Below, one piece after another: positions 1 through 14,047 of a stretch of DNA of 64,000 nt. The notes beneath the pieces are model-generated. The model searched no databases. It worked only from the letters and a program-made list of their open reading frames with translations, and was not told the DNA's origin. The first letter of the stretch is position 1, and every line of letters begins with the position of its first letter. Origin of the DNA: Podarcis pityusensis (taxonomy: Eukaryota); assembly GCA_964106645.2 (NCBI GenBank), contig OZ067047.1; one strand, 5' to 3'. The position numbers were made by a program, and so were the translations under genes.

Positions 1-426
1 CCACAACTGAGCAGTCCCACAACTGGCATATTAGATAGGGACTCTGCATCTACCACCTGGAAAAGAATGAAGCATCTGAGGATCAGGGTCCTCTTCCCTC
101 CACTAGAATGCTATGTGCCATGTAGGGCAGGCGATACAGTCCAATTTTCCTGCTGAAAGAAAGGAAAATTCCCTTTCCCCATTCCCTTACTTTTTTTTTG
201 TTTTGCCAGGCAGCAGATACCATGAAAGAGGGTGGAAGTTTACTCTTTGAAATCACTGTTCCACCCCTGCTTCATCTGGCTGGGAAGGAGATATAAAAAA
301 GTGCTCCCCTTTACATAGGATGACTGCACTGCTTCCTTCTTTTTTGGGAGCCTTGCATGAAACAAACGGATAAAGCTCTCTACCTCCATTTTCACTTTAC
401 ACAGAGCCTCATGGGGATTTCCGTAT

Positions 427-930
427 TGTTACAGGCCCCCTCAATCCTAACCAAGCCATGCACAAGATTGCGGGGGTCTTTGCCCTCAACCAGGGTCTGT
501 GCTCCTTTGGGGCACTGAAGACACAGTGGAGGCTGTCATAGCTTTAAGAAATATGTTTTATTCACATATTTACACCTGAATTTAGATGGAGGGAGTCCAG
601 ATCTTACAGCATGGTCATCTCAAGAAGGGCTTATTCCCTGCACCAGTGCAGCACTGGAGTCCAAGGCATCTCTCCCAGCCTGCCTTCAGCCAGCCTGCCC
701 AAGATGGACCTCTCTCTTTTTTCTCTCCCTTCTTCTCTCTAGTACACCTTGCTAAAGACACTCTTTTCCTGCCACCTGCCACACTAACCCATTCACTTTG
801 GCAGACTCTTTTTAGACTCTTCTTCTTAGATGGGCCATCAACCCCTTTTTTCATGATAGCGGCTTGGCTTATCCCTGGCTAGCTATGTGACGCTGCCTCA
901 GCTTATGATCCTAAACTGAATGCAACAGCC
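427..930 (-). mobile_element. Possible old LTR remnant (boundaries approximate)
   Basis: TGTTACA start, minus-strand AATAAA at about 558-563, pyrimidine-rich interior; no TSD found. Confidence 0.3.
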
Positions 931-1244
931 CTTGGTTTAGTTTTAATTAATCAAACTTTGCTTCATGAATTTATAAGTTTGATCAAATTCTAGCTCTTTA
1001 CTGAATCTTTCCCCCATACTCATAACAATATTATTTTACTTATTTTTATTTAGGAATGAATTTGGATAGCGATATTTGACATCTGAATGATATGAGATTA
1101 TGGTATATTGTATGAGTCCAATCCCCCAGTAATCCATAACAGCTAATAACCTATTACTGTACTGTACATATTTAATCAGAAGATGATTTCAGATGAATTT
1201 ACCTACAATCCAATTTGAATCAGATTGTTAAGCACCCAGTAATG

Positions 1245-1246
<2 letters not shown>

Positions 1247-1284
<38 letters not shown>
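1247..1284. repeat. (TA)n microsatellite
   Basis: Read directly. Confidence 0.95.
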
Positions 1285-1290
<6 letters not shown>

Positions 1291-1530
1291 ATGGGTGTGT
1301 CATTTTTATCAAACGTTTAACTTTATGCAGAGATATGTTTCGATTTTGCAGCAGTAGTCTAACAGTAGCTACTAAGAACAATATCAGAATTGATGTGCCA
1401 TTTTTACTTCTTCAGTTATTAGTATTCAGTTGGCTATGAGAGGATAGAAACTCCAGCATTTGTTATTAAAAAATGTATATTTTCCACATAAAATACAATG
1501 CATTTGAAACCTGCGTATTTTCTCTTAAAG

Positions 1531-1648
1531 GCTTTAGCTGAAAAATGCCATCAGATTGTGTCTGTTGAATTTAATGAATCCCCACATGTTTCTGATGCAG
1601 CTTTTAAAGCACTTGCTAAATGTAAACTTGTCAAGATGAAAATACAAG
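1531..1648 (+). CDS. FBXL13: FBXL13 internal coding exon (LRR region), ALAEKCHQIVSVEFNESPHVSDAAFKALAKCKLVKMKIQG
   Basis: ttaaag acceptor and gttagt donor; cysteine-containing LRR; 118 nt, phase 0 to 1, matches next exon. Confidence 0.88.
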
Positions 1649-1827
1649 GTTAGTGATGACATAGTATAATAGTTCCTGCAAAATAGTTGTATGTGCTACC
1701 TTTTTACCATGGCGTTGGCTCTTTGACATAAATAGACGTGTGCATAAGTAGACACGCTTTTTGTGACTGAAAAAGCTATTGACTTCAGGCCAAATGTAAC
1801 CTAATTGTTGTTTTGTGATTTCAATAG

Positions 1828-1990
1828 GGAGTAATCAGATTACTGACCTAACTTTCAAACTCATAAGCAAATCCTGGCCTCATATGAAACACCTTTGTGT
1901 GTCTGACTGCCAGAAGATAACAGATTTGAGTCTCAAGATGATTGCACCGCTGCCTGATATTGTTGTACTGAAATTATCAGATTGCATAAG
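1828..1990 (+). CDS. FBXL13: FBXL13 coding exon, SNQITDLTFKLISKSWPHMKHLCVSDCQKITDLSLKMIAPLPDIVVLKLSDCIR
   Basis: caatag acceptor and gtattc donor; LRR_CC repeats; 163 nt, phase 1 to 2. Confidence 0.9.
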
Positions 1991-2141
1991 GTATTCCGTT
2001 ACATTCAAATGACTGTGTGGGTTATTCATTTTAACAAAATTGCAAATTAGCAAAAAAATGTGTTAGCCTCCATGCCTGCAAATAAGCACACAGAACAGAG
2101 AAAAGGTCTGTGCCCCACTGTAACACCACAATATGCCAGAC

Positions 2142-2408
2142 CAGGGGTTGGCAAGGTTTACCTCGCCTGGACCAGTTCACTCCAGCGGAGATCCCTCCGT
2201 GGGCTGGATTGCACCCGCGATTTCCGGCGTCTGCGCAGACACGATTTCCGGCACCACAAAAGCGAGTCCCCGCTCCGCACTGCGCCGGTTTAGCGCAGCA
2301 TGCGGGGACTCACCGAGTGGGTGGCTCAGTTCGGGGGCGGCTTGTGGGTCGGTTAAACAACCCCCATGGGCCGCTTGTGGCCCATGGGCCTTAGGTTGCC
2401 TATCCCTG
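2142..2408. mobile_element. hAT-type MITE
   Basis: Imperfect TIR CAGGGGTTGGCAA / TTGCCTATCCCTG; 8-bp TSD TGCyAGAC. Confidence 0.8.
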
Positions 2409-3325
2409 TGCTAGACCAACCAGCACATTATATTTGTAGAACAGGACATCAACAGCTTCCTTCCCCAGATGTAGTGCAGCAACAGTGATAAAATGTAGAC
2501 TGCAACAGAGGACATGGCAGAGACAACAAGACTGGGGGTGGTGTGGGCAAGTGTCTACCACTTAAATGCATTACAGGGCTACTCTAGTAAAAGCATCATA
2601 AAGCCACCCATTTGAGTGAGACCACAAGAACCACTTATTCTTGTATAGTCCTACTGAAGTTAGTGGACTACTGTTCAGTAAATTATTTCAATTTAGTGGG
2701 TGACATTCCATACATACCATCCTTGTGTTTGCAATAGAAATCTACTTGTGCAGTGGGATTTTGGGATTCTCTTCTCTCTTTCAGTCTCCTGTGTGCTTCT
2801 GACCATATGGAGTTGAGGGACTGCGGGAGGCAGTGGGGAGGAAATGGAAGTCCTGTTGAATGAATGGATTACTGCTCACACTATCTTGACTCTCACCCAC
2901 AGTGAGAGTCATAGGTGTCAACTCCCCAGAGCCTGGGTGCCTGAGTACCCACAACTTTCAGCGCCAGGGCCATGCAAGCTGCATGGCACCCACGGCCCCA
3001 GGCACCCACGGTCATGGAGCCAAGTTGGCACTCCTGGTGAGAGTCAAGTTTTGGAAGTAAGTCCAATTCATTTTAATGAGACTTCCTTCTCAGAGAACAT
3101 TGCCATTTAGCTATCAGATGGAAACAGGTTTCCAACAATCTCATTGTTTAGCTTGTAGTTCTGAAAAAAACTAGCATTGTAGCACCCACTTTTGTAATAG
3201 ATGCAGAGACAAATATTGACTGCTGTATAGTTTAGTTATAGATGATCTTGCATTCAGATGCTAGTTTTTAGGACATTATTAGAATTGTGACATATATCAG
3301 ATAACTTATTTTCTATTTGTTTTAG

Positions 3326-3445
3326 AATCAGTGATGGAGGACTAAAAGCATTTACTGATGGTGCTTCAGGCTCAAATATACGAGAACTCAGCTTGGCCAA
3401 TTGTTCCTATATCACTGACAGTGCTATCACAAAAATAGCCCACAG
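3326..3445 (+). CDS. FBXL13: FBXL13 coding exon, ISDGGLKAFTDGASGSNIRELSLANCSYITDSAITKIAHR
   Basis: ttttag acceptor and gtacca donor; 120 nt, phase 2 to 2; LRR. Confidence 0.9.
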
Positions 3446-4715
3446 GTACCATAATGCCATATATATTATTTGTTTGGTGAAACGTAACAGATACGTTTCA
3501 GGAATGTTGCTTCAAAATTCTTGTTAAAATCAATCTTGTTTCTGATATCTAGCTTAGGAAAAGATGTTGTGCATAGTACATACAGCAAAGTGAGTTGTTG
3601 TGACTAAGCCCTGTTGAAATCAATGGAATTCACAGCTCAGTTGTAATGTTTTAGGAGTCATTTCAATGGAGCTTCTTAAGAACTGTTCATAGAATTTAGG
3701 TTGGAATCCAATAATCACCTGTGAATAAGCCCCATTGAACTCAGCGAATCTTACTTCTGAATAGACAAGCACAGGACTATAAATAATTTAACCGTGAATC
3801 ACATACCCATTAATGTCTCAGCTATTTTTTTCTGTCACTTTTTGCAAAACTGACAACTTAAAAATGATTCATAGGATTCAATGTTCAAAATTTCTGATAT
3901 TCTACAAGTGTTTAGAAAATTATTTTTCTTCCCTAATACCTGTAGATAATTTTATTTATTGCTGGTTTTTATATGGCTGTGTGTGTGTATCTATATTTAT
4001 GCATAATTTGTTTTTCGTTATAATTATCAGATAATCAAAACACAGAAGTTTTGTTTTGGGGATCCAAAAGGCCATATAAATTCTATGTATCAAATAGGCT
4101 TTGGGCTTATGTTCTTTGAGTATACATGGCAAACTACTTTTGAAACTCTGAGAATGTCTCAAAACAGTTGGAAGGGCAGGTGGGGTGGGAGTGGGGGTTA
4201 TTACTCAAAGGGAAAAGAGAAAAATTCCACTGGGTATATGCAAGTCCCAGGCATACCTGAAGTTGCTTTTTTACAATCAGTGTCTGTGTTCTAGTACCTA
4301 ATAATAACGACAATTTCCATTTATTGAAAAAGGATCTACTTACTGGTCTCCTTTGGCTAATTTGTTCCTGCGAATGTTCCATATTTTATTTTGAAGCTGA
4401 GAATGCCTGACATGAACAAAACTGTCAAAAGAGGAAATGAGAAAAGCTTGAAAAAACATTTTACATGTTTTTAAAATACTGAACAGGAATAGTGAGGCAG
4501 GCTACAATACAGCCTAACACTGAAGTGCTCAATAACTAATTTAAAACAATATTTATAGGATGGTCTTAGTTAGTATCTTAGGGTATCCTGTTTTGTGAGC
4601 AGGTAAATGAACATTTTTATTGTAATTTTGGAAGTGTCCTATGAAAACCTAAGCCAAAAGTTGCACAGGTATGGCATAATAAGAAAAGAAATAACAAGAT
4701 CTATTGTTTTTTAAG

Positions 4716-4842
4716 GTGCCACAATCTGATTTATCTGAATCTGCGTTATTGCCAATCTGTGACGGATGCTGGAATTGATGCTTTAACACAGATCTCCTCA
4801 CTTGCATATCTTAATATTTCTGGAATTAATGTCACAGACCAG
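4716..4842 (+). CDS. FBXL13: FBXL13 coding exon, CHNLIYLNLRYCQSVTDAGIDALTQISSLAYLNISGINVTDQ
   Basis: tttaag acceptor and gtaaaa donor; 127 nt, phase 2 to 0; LRR. Confidence 0.9.
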
Positions 4843-6103
4843 GTAAAAATGAAATCACAAAGGCATGGCAATGTGTTCCTGTATGCTCTTAATATTGCCG
4901 TGCCAGCAATTTCTGTGAGTCACAGTGATATTTTCTGTATTATTCTCAATTTCTTTTCTTAATTCTTAACATCCTCTTTGCCTTTTGGTCACTGTAGCAC
5001 ATTGGAAGGAACAAGAAATAGAACAGCATTCAAAAATAAGGGATTACCTCAAGATAATAATATGAGCTAAATAGGATAAACTGTAAAGTTTGTGGGTTGG
5101 GTTATTGAAACATGAGATAACTGGGAAAATTGTTTTTTATTAATCTAATAATGTTCATGCTAAGGTTCTTCAGTTAACACAACCAATCTTTCTTACATGT
5201 TCACTGTTGACTTATAAAGGTTTGAGACCAAGTATACACAGCAGTAGCAAAACAGAGTCTCTTTGGAGTGCAAGGCATGGAAGATCATGGAACTAAGACT
5301 AGTTCATGACTTACAGTATTGAAATATTGATATCTGTTACCCCAGAGGCTTAATACAGCCATTTTAAAGCTTGTAAGTGTTCGAGAAACTATTGAAAGTA
5401 CAGATAGCAGCATATGGCGACAAGGAAGTACAGTCAATGGCTAAACTAGATGTGATGTTAATTGTATGAATGCAACAATGTGAACATATTTTAAAATATA
5501 GATTACAGTCATGCGGTGTCCTGAGTAGCATTGGGACTGTAGGAGGTAGGTGTTTTCTCCTTCTCCTGTGAAACACCCTCCCTTTCGAAATTGCTATTTG
5601 CATTCAAAGGGGAGTTTATTTTTGGTTACTGTCCTCCCCACCACCTGAGGGTCTGATGTACACCAGGCTGTTTACATTTTAAAAACCATATATGTTAACT
5701 GGATATATGGGAAACCATGTTCAATTGTCTTAACAAAGTTGATAAAATGATACCATGTCGTATAGAAGGGGTAAGTCCAGGGGCGTAGCTAGCTCCTCCG
5801 GCACCCTTTTGTGAAATGGCTACTTTGTCCATAAGCATGATGCCCCATACTTGCAAAATCCAGGCTTCAAAAAGATTTGCATTTAAAGTTTTCTCTCCCC
5901 CCCCCCCTTTTGCAATCACATATTTAGTTGCAGTTAATAAATGGAGGGTGTGATTCATTCCAGTGTTATGTGCAAACCAGCACTTGTGATTGGTCTCTTT
6001 CCAGACAAACCTTGAGCTGTGAGCCAAGAACAAATCTGTTCAATCATAGTAAGCCACAAACCATGCCTTATTGTGATGTATGAACCAGCTCAGTGAAGCA
6101 CTT

Positions 6104-6141
6104 TATCTGTCTATCTATCTCTATCTATCTGTCTATCTATC

Positions 6142-6188
<47 letters not shown>
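6104..6188. repeat. (TCTA)n microsatellite, imperfect
   Basis: Read directly. Confidence 0.95.
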
Positions 6189-7757
6189 ATCTTCTGTGTT
6201 TTTAGAACAAGTCTGTTTTACTTTTAAAAACAGCCATTTCTGTTAGTTTTCTCTTTCCCTTGTGGAAGATGGAAAGCTGTATTGCATTTAGGGTGTCTTT
6301 TTATACCTGTCATGCAAAGTTCATGTAAGCTCTAGTCTAACATTCTTGTGCCTTAAGTTTTTCATTAAAATGGATGTAAGGATGTTTGATCTTTCTAGTG
6401 GCAAGCATGCTTCAGTTCAGAAAGATATCGTCCTGAGCTCTCTGGGAGCATAAATATCTAAAAATAAGTTTTGGAAAAAAATACATCCTACATACTAATA
6501 ACTTTCTAGCATACTTTGTTGACTTAAACAAGAAACAATGTTTATAATTTGAATAATATGCAACATATGAGATACTAAAGATAAGAAATATTCTTGCTAT
6601 GTGGAAATTAATATTTTGCCATGACCCTTTTTCTTGAAAAAATAACTGTACTACATTTATTCAGTGTTTGCTTCACTTTTATTTTGGCTTATAATCAAAG
6701 ACACAGTGAAATACAAGAACTGATACATTACTAAAAGCAAAGGGCTCAGAATGGATGTCATTGTTGTAATTGTCACAGTGGAGGCTGTATATTTTAACAC
6801 AATCATATCACAATATTGTTTGCCTTTGGAAAAATTAATTATCCAGCCGTATTCAAAATCTACCCCTCCCCTAATCATTTTCAACTGGCTACTCTTCCAA
6901 CACTGCTGACCTTTTTCTTTTTCATATGTCTTTTAAAAAATTCTTAACAATATACAGTATTTAGGATTACACTTGTCAAGATGGCCCTGCCAAAGGTCCC
7001 AAATATTCTCAGAATCTCTTATCTTCAGAGGCACTCTGATAGGATCCTTGCTTGGAAAGTTTGGTTGCCCTAATTTCATCACAGGATCTCTTTATATTTA
7101 TATTGTACATTCTCCAGTGGACAGTAGGACATCCCCAAATGGAATATTAAGTTACTCCCATTTTGCAAGGCAGGAAAATGTCACCACTCCAATGGAATCT
7201 GTTTGCCCCCTCCCTTGGAGTGGCAGTTCATTTTTACTGCCTAGTTTGACATAGTATTACATTAGCCCAGCTCTCGCGATCTGCATTCTAGCCAATAATT
7301 TCATCAATTTCAATAATTTCATCAATTTCATATTTTCAATTACCTTTGTGCACGGTGTGACTGCTGAAGTGATTGCCTGAGAGTGTCATTTTAATTATTT
7401 ACTTCAAACCAATTATTTGGAGTGTGTGTGAAACTATACATTTTCTTCCTGGCTGTGGCTTTAATTTCCTTTCTCAGTTGAGAGAAATCATAGTGGTCAG
7501 TATTTTTAACCTGAATGCCCTATCTTTAGGCATCTAAACTTGTACTGATGTATCAAAACATAGGGATTGACGTCCAGATGTACTGAACACGTAAGCTTTC
7601 CTTTGATCTTATATCCTGTGAAAAATTGAGCTGCTAATTTTAATAAAGCACAACATCTGAATCAAATTTGGAGACTCATTTGTTGCCCAAGGCAATAAAG
7701 TAAAGATATGTAATACAAGTAAGGGGGCTCACATAGCCTTGTGGGACATATTTTGGA

Positions 7758-7758
<1 letters not shown>

Positions 7759-7800
<42 letters not shown>

Positions 7801-8228
7801 TTATTATTTGTACCCCGCCCATCTGGCTGGGTTTCCCCAGCCACTTTGGGCGGCTTCCATAGAAACCAAAAATACAGTAAAATATCACACGTTAAAAACT
7901 TCCCTGAACAGGGCTGCCTTAAGATGTCTTCTGAATGTCAGGTAGTTGTTTATCGCTTTGACATCTGCTGGAAGGGCGTTCCACAGGGCGGGCGCCACTA
8001 CCGAGAAGGCCCTCTGTCTGGTTCCCTGTAGCTTTGCTTCTCGCAATGAGGGAACCGCCAGAAGGCCCTCGGCGCTGGACCTCAGCGTCCGGGCAGAACA
8101 ATGGGGGTGGAGACGCTCCTTCAGGTATACTGGACCAAGGCCGTTTAGGGCTTTAAAGGTCAGCACCAACACTTTGAATTGTGCTCGGAAACGTACTGGG
8201 AGCCAATGTAGGTCTTTCAAGACCGGTG
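7759..8228 (-). mobile_element. L2-clade LINE 3' fragment with a trinucleotide tail ((AAT)n on the + strand)
   Basis: ORF2 C-terminus LHWLPVRFRAQFKVLVLTFKALNGLGP...RAFSVVAPALWNALP. Confidence 0.85.
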
Positions 8229-9245
8229 GAAAAGCCTAAGGAGGAAGCCCTACACAAATTTGGAGTAGAGTCCCTAAGATGGTTGTATGGGTCCTTGGAC
8301 CCCTTCTTCTGGCAACTCCTGCAGCCAAGCTGCTGCCAAATGTATTGCTCTGCTTTCCTTTGGACCACATCAATGAGGCAGGGTGTGTGTCTTGTCATCT
8401 GGGCATCCCAGAACCTCCATATACACTGCCCAGGCTTGCACCCCAGGGTGCTGCTAATGCACCCCGGAGGCGCACTCCATTGTCTCTCAAGACAAATGGA
8501 TGCCAACAATAGGTGTGAATTGTGAGACTTGTCTTTCTTCCAGATCTGCTTCCTCTCCACATGCCAGTCATTTCATTTATGTTTTCTAATTTAAAAGGCA
8601 AGACCAAGCTTGTTCTTTTGGTTAAAGAACAAATGCCATATAGACTTTTAAATCACCTGAAGACTTGCTATTGAAAAGCACATAAAACACAGTAGAGCCT
8701 TAAGCAAAGTGTAATGTTTGAGGAGGAGTAATATTCAGTACCGTAAGCGTTAGAAGCATGTCCCTAATGTCATTTGTGGCGTGCTGGAGGGTACGCTTAT
8801 CTCAGACATACAGTAAACCTAACTGTAAGGGTGGCTGAGTTTTTATCAATAGTATCTCTTAGAGTGGTGAATGGCACTATTTAGCAGGAAGAGACTCGAA
8901 TGAAAATCCTCGCTATTACATATATTTACATGGCTGTTTATTTGTATATATTTTAAAATTTTATATATGGATGTTTTATAATGGCCTATATTTGTAATGC
9001 CTAATAAAGGTTTGGCAAAGTGGAAGTAAACAGTAAACCAGTACAGATTTGGCATTGGCCTTTTTAGTGGAGAATGCATAAATTCTTTTACTCTCTCCAC
9101 ACTCCCAAATGGTGAAAACTGCCATAACTGAAAGTCCAAGGATTCCTTTGACATAAGGCTATTTGCCCTGTATCCCAAATGATTTAGTCAAGGTTTAATC
9201 GTTATGTATTCTACAGAAGTTGGTAGTAAGTAGGGAGTCCTTATC

Positions 9246-9247
<2 letters not shown>

Positions 9248-9281
<34 letters not shown>
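9248..9281. repeat. (GT)n microsatellite
   Basis: Read directly. Confidence 0.95.
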
Positions 9282-9283
<2 letters not shown>

Positions 9284-9739
9284 ATGGATTGAATTATGAA
9301 AACAGGCTGTTTCCTTCTGCTTTTTCATTCATACTTTGTTTCCTTCAAACATGAAAAGCTGTCAAAAGACCTTTTATTATGCAGTAAAATTTTACACATA
9401 TACCATGAACATGTCCTACTTTTTCCACGTAATAATGTTATTAACATGCACTACATTTTGTTCTTTCAGCTAACCATTTCATGAGCATTTTCACAACACG
9501 TTTTTCTCTCTTGGTTGGATTCAAGGAATTAGTACAAAAGCAATACGCTTCCTTATTTACAGATGTGAGTGGGTGTTTACTGATATACTTGGAATTCACA
9601 ATTTAACTCGCTGATAATGCAGTAGCTTCCTCTCTGTTGAAGATAAGTGTCACAGAAATTGTAGCAGGAGTTCAGAGACATAGGCGTCCCTTGAAAAACC
9701 CACTTTTTCCCTTTACAAACCAGCGCCTTTCCCTTCTAT

Positions 9740-9981
9740 GAGAAGTGAGGCTACAGGGAACCAGACAGAGGGCCTTCTCGGTAGTGGTGCCCACCCTGTG
9801 GAACGCCCTCCCATCAGATGTCAAAGAGATAAACAACTACCTGACATTCAGAAGACATCTTAAGGCAGCCCTGTTCAGGGAAGTTTTTAATATGTAACGC
9901 TGTATTGTTTTTAACACTTGATTGGAAGCCGCCCAGAGTGGCTGGGGAAACTCAGCCAGATGGGCGGGGTATAAATAATAA

Positions 9982-10023
<42 letters not shown>
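9740..10023 (+). mobile_element. L2-clade LINE 3' fragment with (ATT)n tail
   Basis: High similarity to the reverse complement of 7759-8050. Confidence 0.85.
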
Positions 10024-10024
<1 letters not shown>

Positions 10025-12388
10025 TACAGCAACCTCTTCCTTGCAATAGTGAGCGCCTTGCAGAGCCATGCAGAGACCTAATTCAGTGCCTCCCATCAGG
10101 CCCACGCCAGGCAGATTAATGGGTTCTGCTGTAAATTGAGGGCATGCACCATACACGTGTCTTACCCACACACTGCCTGGAAAGGATAACTTCATAACTA
10201 TGTTTTGTGAATGGAAAACCGTGTTTTATGAATGAAACTCATGTCAAATGATACAGTGAACCAGAAGGTGGGCAGGAGAGTAGTGTTTTGCTCATATTTC
10301 ACCCCAGCAGCCACCTCCAAAGTCAGTAGACAGGAAAGTTGGAAACTACTCAACGGGCTATGAATGTGTCAGGGGGTTGCTTGTCAGTAGAAGACAGGAA
10401 CTGCCAAGCAGCGGAATTGGAGCAAGACCAAGAAGAATATATCTGGGAGGGAGAAGGAGATGGGTAGTTGAAATGGCTGGAGAGGTAAATAAAATGTGTC
10501 TGAATATGAATGGCGGTTTGAGGCAGGCAATTCACAAAGTATCATGCTAGACAAGTTTGGGAACTATGTAACCATGCAGAGAGGCGTAGCAAGGTCAGCT
10601 GGTACCTGGTGCAGAATTTTTTTTGTCAACCCCCCCAATTTGAAATTATTAAAAGAAGGAAAAATAAGATACTTACAGTTGCAAGTGTTATTTTCTGGTT
10701 TATTTGCTTAACATTGTGAGCATAAGCACTTAAAACCCCTGCAGACTCCGTGGCTTCGATATCAGCCAGAAACAAATTTCTTCTAACCCACCACCCCATT
10801 GCTCTGTTCACTGGCCTGATGGTAGAACTTGAACCTTGCACTCTATTTTGCAATAGGTAGGCCTAATAATGGAATTGCCCTAATAAGGATGTGTGTTTTC
10901 CTTATGCTTTGGTGCAGCTCCCTTTACTTTTACAATGCCTTTTAAAACAGGTGGCTAATCTGTGTCCCTCCAGGTGTTGCTGGACTACAACTCCCATCAT
11001 TCCTATTGGCCATACTAGCTGGGACCAGTGGGGGATGTAGTCCAGCAACATCTGGAGGGACACAGACTAGCCCCCCAGCCCCCTGTTTTAAAGCTGACCG
11101 TGTAATGCACCATATCAGAAGCACAAATCCCTTTCAAGGGGCCATTTCCTCTACTCCTTCTTGTGTTTTTTCTTAGTATCTGCCCTGAACAACTCTGCAA
11201 CTCAAACGCTTGCTCATTCTTTTGAGACATTTGAGTTAGTCCTAATAAAGTATTGTTCAACTTCAACTATTGGGCTGTTGTTGTTGATTTAATTAAACGG
11301 ACCATTTCAAAAAGAAACGGATGTTCTTAGGCTGCAGTTCTACACCTTCTTTCCTGGGATGAATTCCCATGGAACTCAGTGCAGCTTACTTCTAAGTAGA
11401 CATGCAAAGAAGGGCACAGATGTGTAAGCACCGTCTCAGCAGCTCACTGAAGAATGACAAACAATTTTCATGCTAACGTGAATATATTCTTATATTAATT
11501 CTCTCCTGAAATGGTGATGTATGGATCTTAACTTGTGTTTCTTTGGGGTGTTAGGCGGCACTGATGTATCTCTTGGCTTAATCAAACTGAGAACGCATCA
11601 TCCAGCTTCTGTGTTTGAAAGAAATGCTTGTTTATTATTTTTATTATTAGTTGCTGAATACCTGGCACACATGGACCGCAATAATCATATGGACATAGAA
11701 AAGCGGGGGGTAAACGTCTTGGTAGCTTTTTTGTAAATATCCTTCTACGTAAGAATAGCCTTGCCTGATCAAACCAAAGGGTCCTGTTCTCCCCCTCTTG
11801 TCCGTCTCCAGCTAAGGCAGAGAAAGTGGCGGAGTTAGCTGTATGGGTGCCCAGAGCCCATTCTGTGCACTCGGGGGGAGCTGTGCAGGGGGGCAACATG
11901 ATCGGCCGCAGCAGCGGGGTGATCCGCTGCACGTGAAGGTGGCATGTTCTGCCGCTCACAGGACAGCTGGGTAAGCCCCCTGCGGTGTGCCTTTTTGTCA
12001 CACCCCCTCAGGGAAGACACCCAGGGCGGACCGCCCCCCCTTCCTACGCCCCTGACCACACACGCTCCGGTTTTGCTGAACAACTCCTATGGTGTTTTGT
12101 GATGTTTTCATTACTTTTTGTTTCAACTGGGGCAGTTATAGCAGACTAGGATTATGCAAATTGTAGGGGGAAGGATATACAAACAAGCGAATGCACAAAC
12201 CCATGGCATGTTCCTAAGTTTCCAGCTATGTTTTGTTTTGGTAAAAGAATACATGTTTTAAAAGGTAATGGGGGGCGGGGACCTACAGCACTGAATAACA
12301 GCAAAGCAAAATAAATACATTATGTAGTACAACGGGTTTTTTTACATATGTGTGCCAATAAACTAATATTTGTCTAAAATATTTTTAG

Positions 12389-12472
12389 GCTTTGGATGCT
12401 CTTGGCAAACTCTGGAAAATTAAGGAGATTATTATATCAGAATGCAGGCTGTTAACTGATACAGGAATTAAG
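12389..12472 (+). CDS. FBXL13: FBXL13 coding exon, ALDALGKLWKIKEIIISECRLLTDTGIK
   Basis: ttttag acceptor and gtaaaa donor; 84 nt, phase 0 to 0; LRR. Confidence 0.88.
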
Positions 12473-13639
12473 GTAAAATAAGATCCTATGTTATGTATGT
12501 TACAAGCATCAGTACATGTATGTCACTCTTGAACACATCTGATTTACAATGAAATAGTAAATATGCTGAGGTTTTTTCTTAAAATTGTTGAAACATGTTG
12601 CCATTAGGAAAATGTGCTCAAGCCATGGCTGTTTTCCTTTACATGCCAGCATGGGCTGTTTAATTGTCCTTTCAGCTCCAGACCATTATGACCTTTTTAT
12701 TTTACAACAGTTTTTATATTGCACATTATTGTGTGCTACTTTTATTATTTTCATAGCTTTTAGCTTTTGATATATTGTGTATTTACATTTTCATTGTTTT
12801 ATTCTTTTTGTAAACTGCCGTGGAAATATAATTGAAGGGCTGTAAAACCACTTTACATAAATAAATAGTGGCTTGCGTAGAGTGTTCCAGGAAATTTAAG
12901 GATGAGTTGAGATTTGAATTGGCGGTTTCAGTTTCTTAGCTCATATTGTTAACCACTGCACTGCTCCCGCTCTGAACTCCTGAGCAAATGTGGGCAAGTG
13001 AAGCTACAGTGACTGAGAGTTTTGGAATGTGGAAAGAGATAATATTCACCCCAGGAAGGGAGATTTAACTAGAACATTTTAAGAAGTGAAAAATGTCTCT
13101 GCACAGCAACCAATGGCAGTTTTGCCTTTACTTTTTAGCAGGGCTTATTTAAAACAGGATGTGTTTTTGGCAGTGGCTGCTATGCAGCCCTCATGGGATT
13201 CTGATAAGATGGCTGAGACAGAAAACAGATTGTGGATAGAAAACTGCAGCTTTGCAATAAAAATGGTGTCCCATCCTTTGTGTCTGGTGTATGCTAAAAA
13301 GAGAGAGAAAGGACTGAGGACAGATTCCTGGGGGGAACGCAGCAGAAGGAAGCTGAAACGACCATCACAAAGGAAGTAACTATTTCAAGAACAGGAGGAA
13401 ATCTTAAACACCTATAATGTTAGTAGTTGAGGAGAAAGACTTGTGCAAGCATAGAAAGACACTTTGGTGAATTAAATCTAGCAAAATATCAACCCTGCAT
13501 TAGCAATAACATGGTTTCACTACAAACTTATACAGTTGTTATATTTTTTAATCTATATTCCGAAAAATGCCCAAAAACCTTGCACAGAAATCATCACATT
13601 TTATCAAGTAACGACTACGAAAATAATGACTATGCTATC

Positions 13640-14047
13640 TGTGATGGGACGATGAGCTGCTTGTGTGTAAAATCCAAGTCCCTCAGAGTTTGGTCAAGTT
13701 TGCAAACCTCTGTCTGTAACGGAGCCCCTTAAACATGGCTCCGTCAGTCGCTGGCAGATTCCGACAGTGGTTGCTTTCGGAATCGCTTCCAACATAAAAG
13801 CTCCTTAACGGAAACACGTCTTCTGGACTCTCTGCGTGACAGTTTCCGGCGAGGAGTGGGTGTCCCTACAGGAGGTCCTGAAACCTCCCCACTGTTTTCG
13901 CTGGAAGTGTCTCTGAGCCATCCCTCCAGCTCACTTTCCCTCAGCTCAGCTCCTCTCCCCCTACTGGTTCCCTCTTCAGCTGCTGAGTCTCTCCCAACCT
14001 GTGTGAGCCCTTTCACTTCCCTTCCTTCCGATGGCAGTTCCCTGACA
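13640..14047 (-). repeat. 3' LTR of the Gypsy element
   Basis: Direct repeat of 18723-19130; preceded on the minus strand by the PPT GGAGGGGAGGTGGA (14048-14061). Confidence 0.97.

Noticed and set aside
7662-8031. Poly-L/Y/I/N ORFs
   Set aside because: Translations of the (AAT)n LINE tail.
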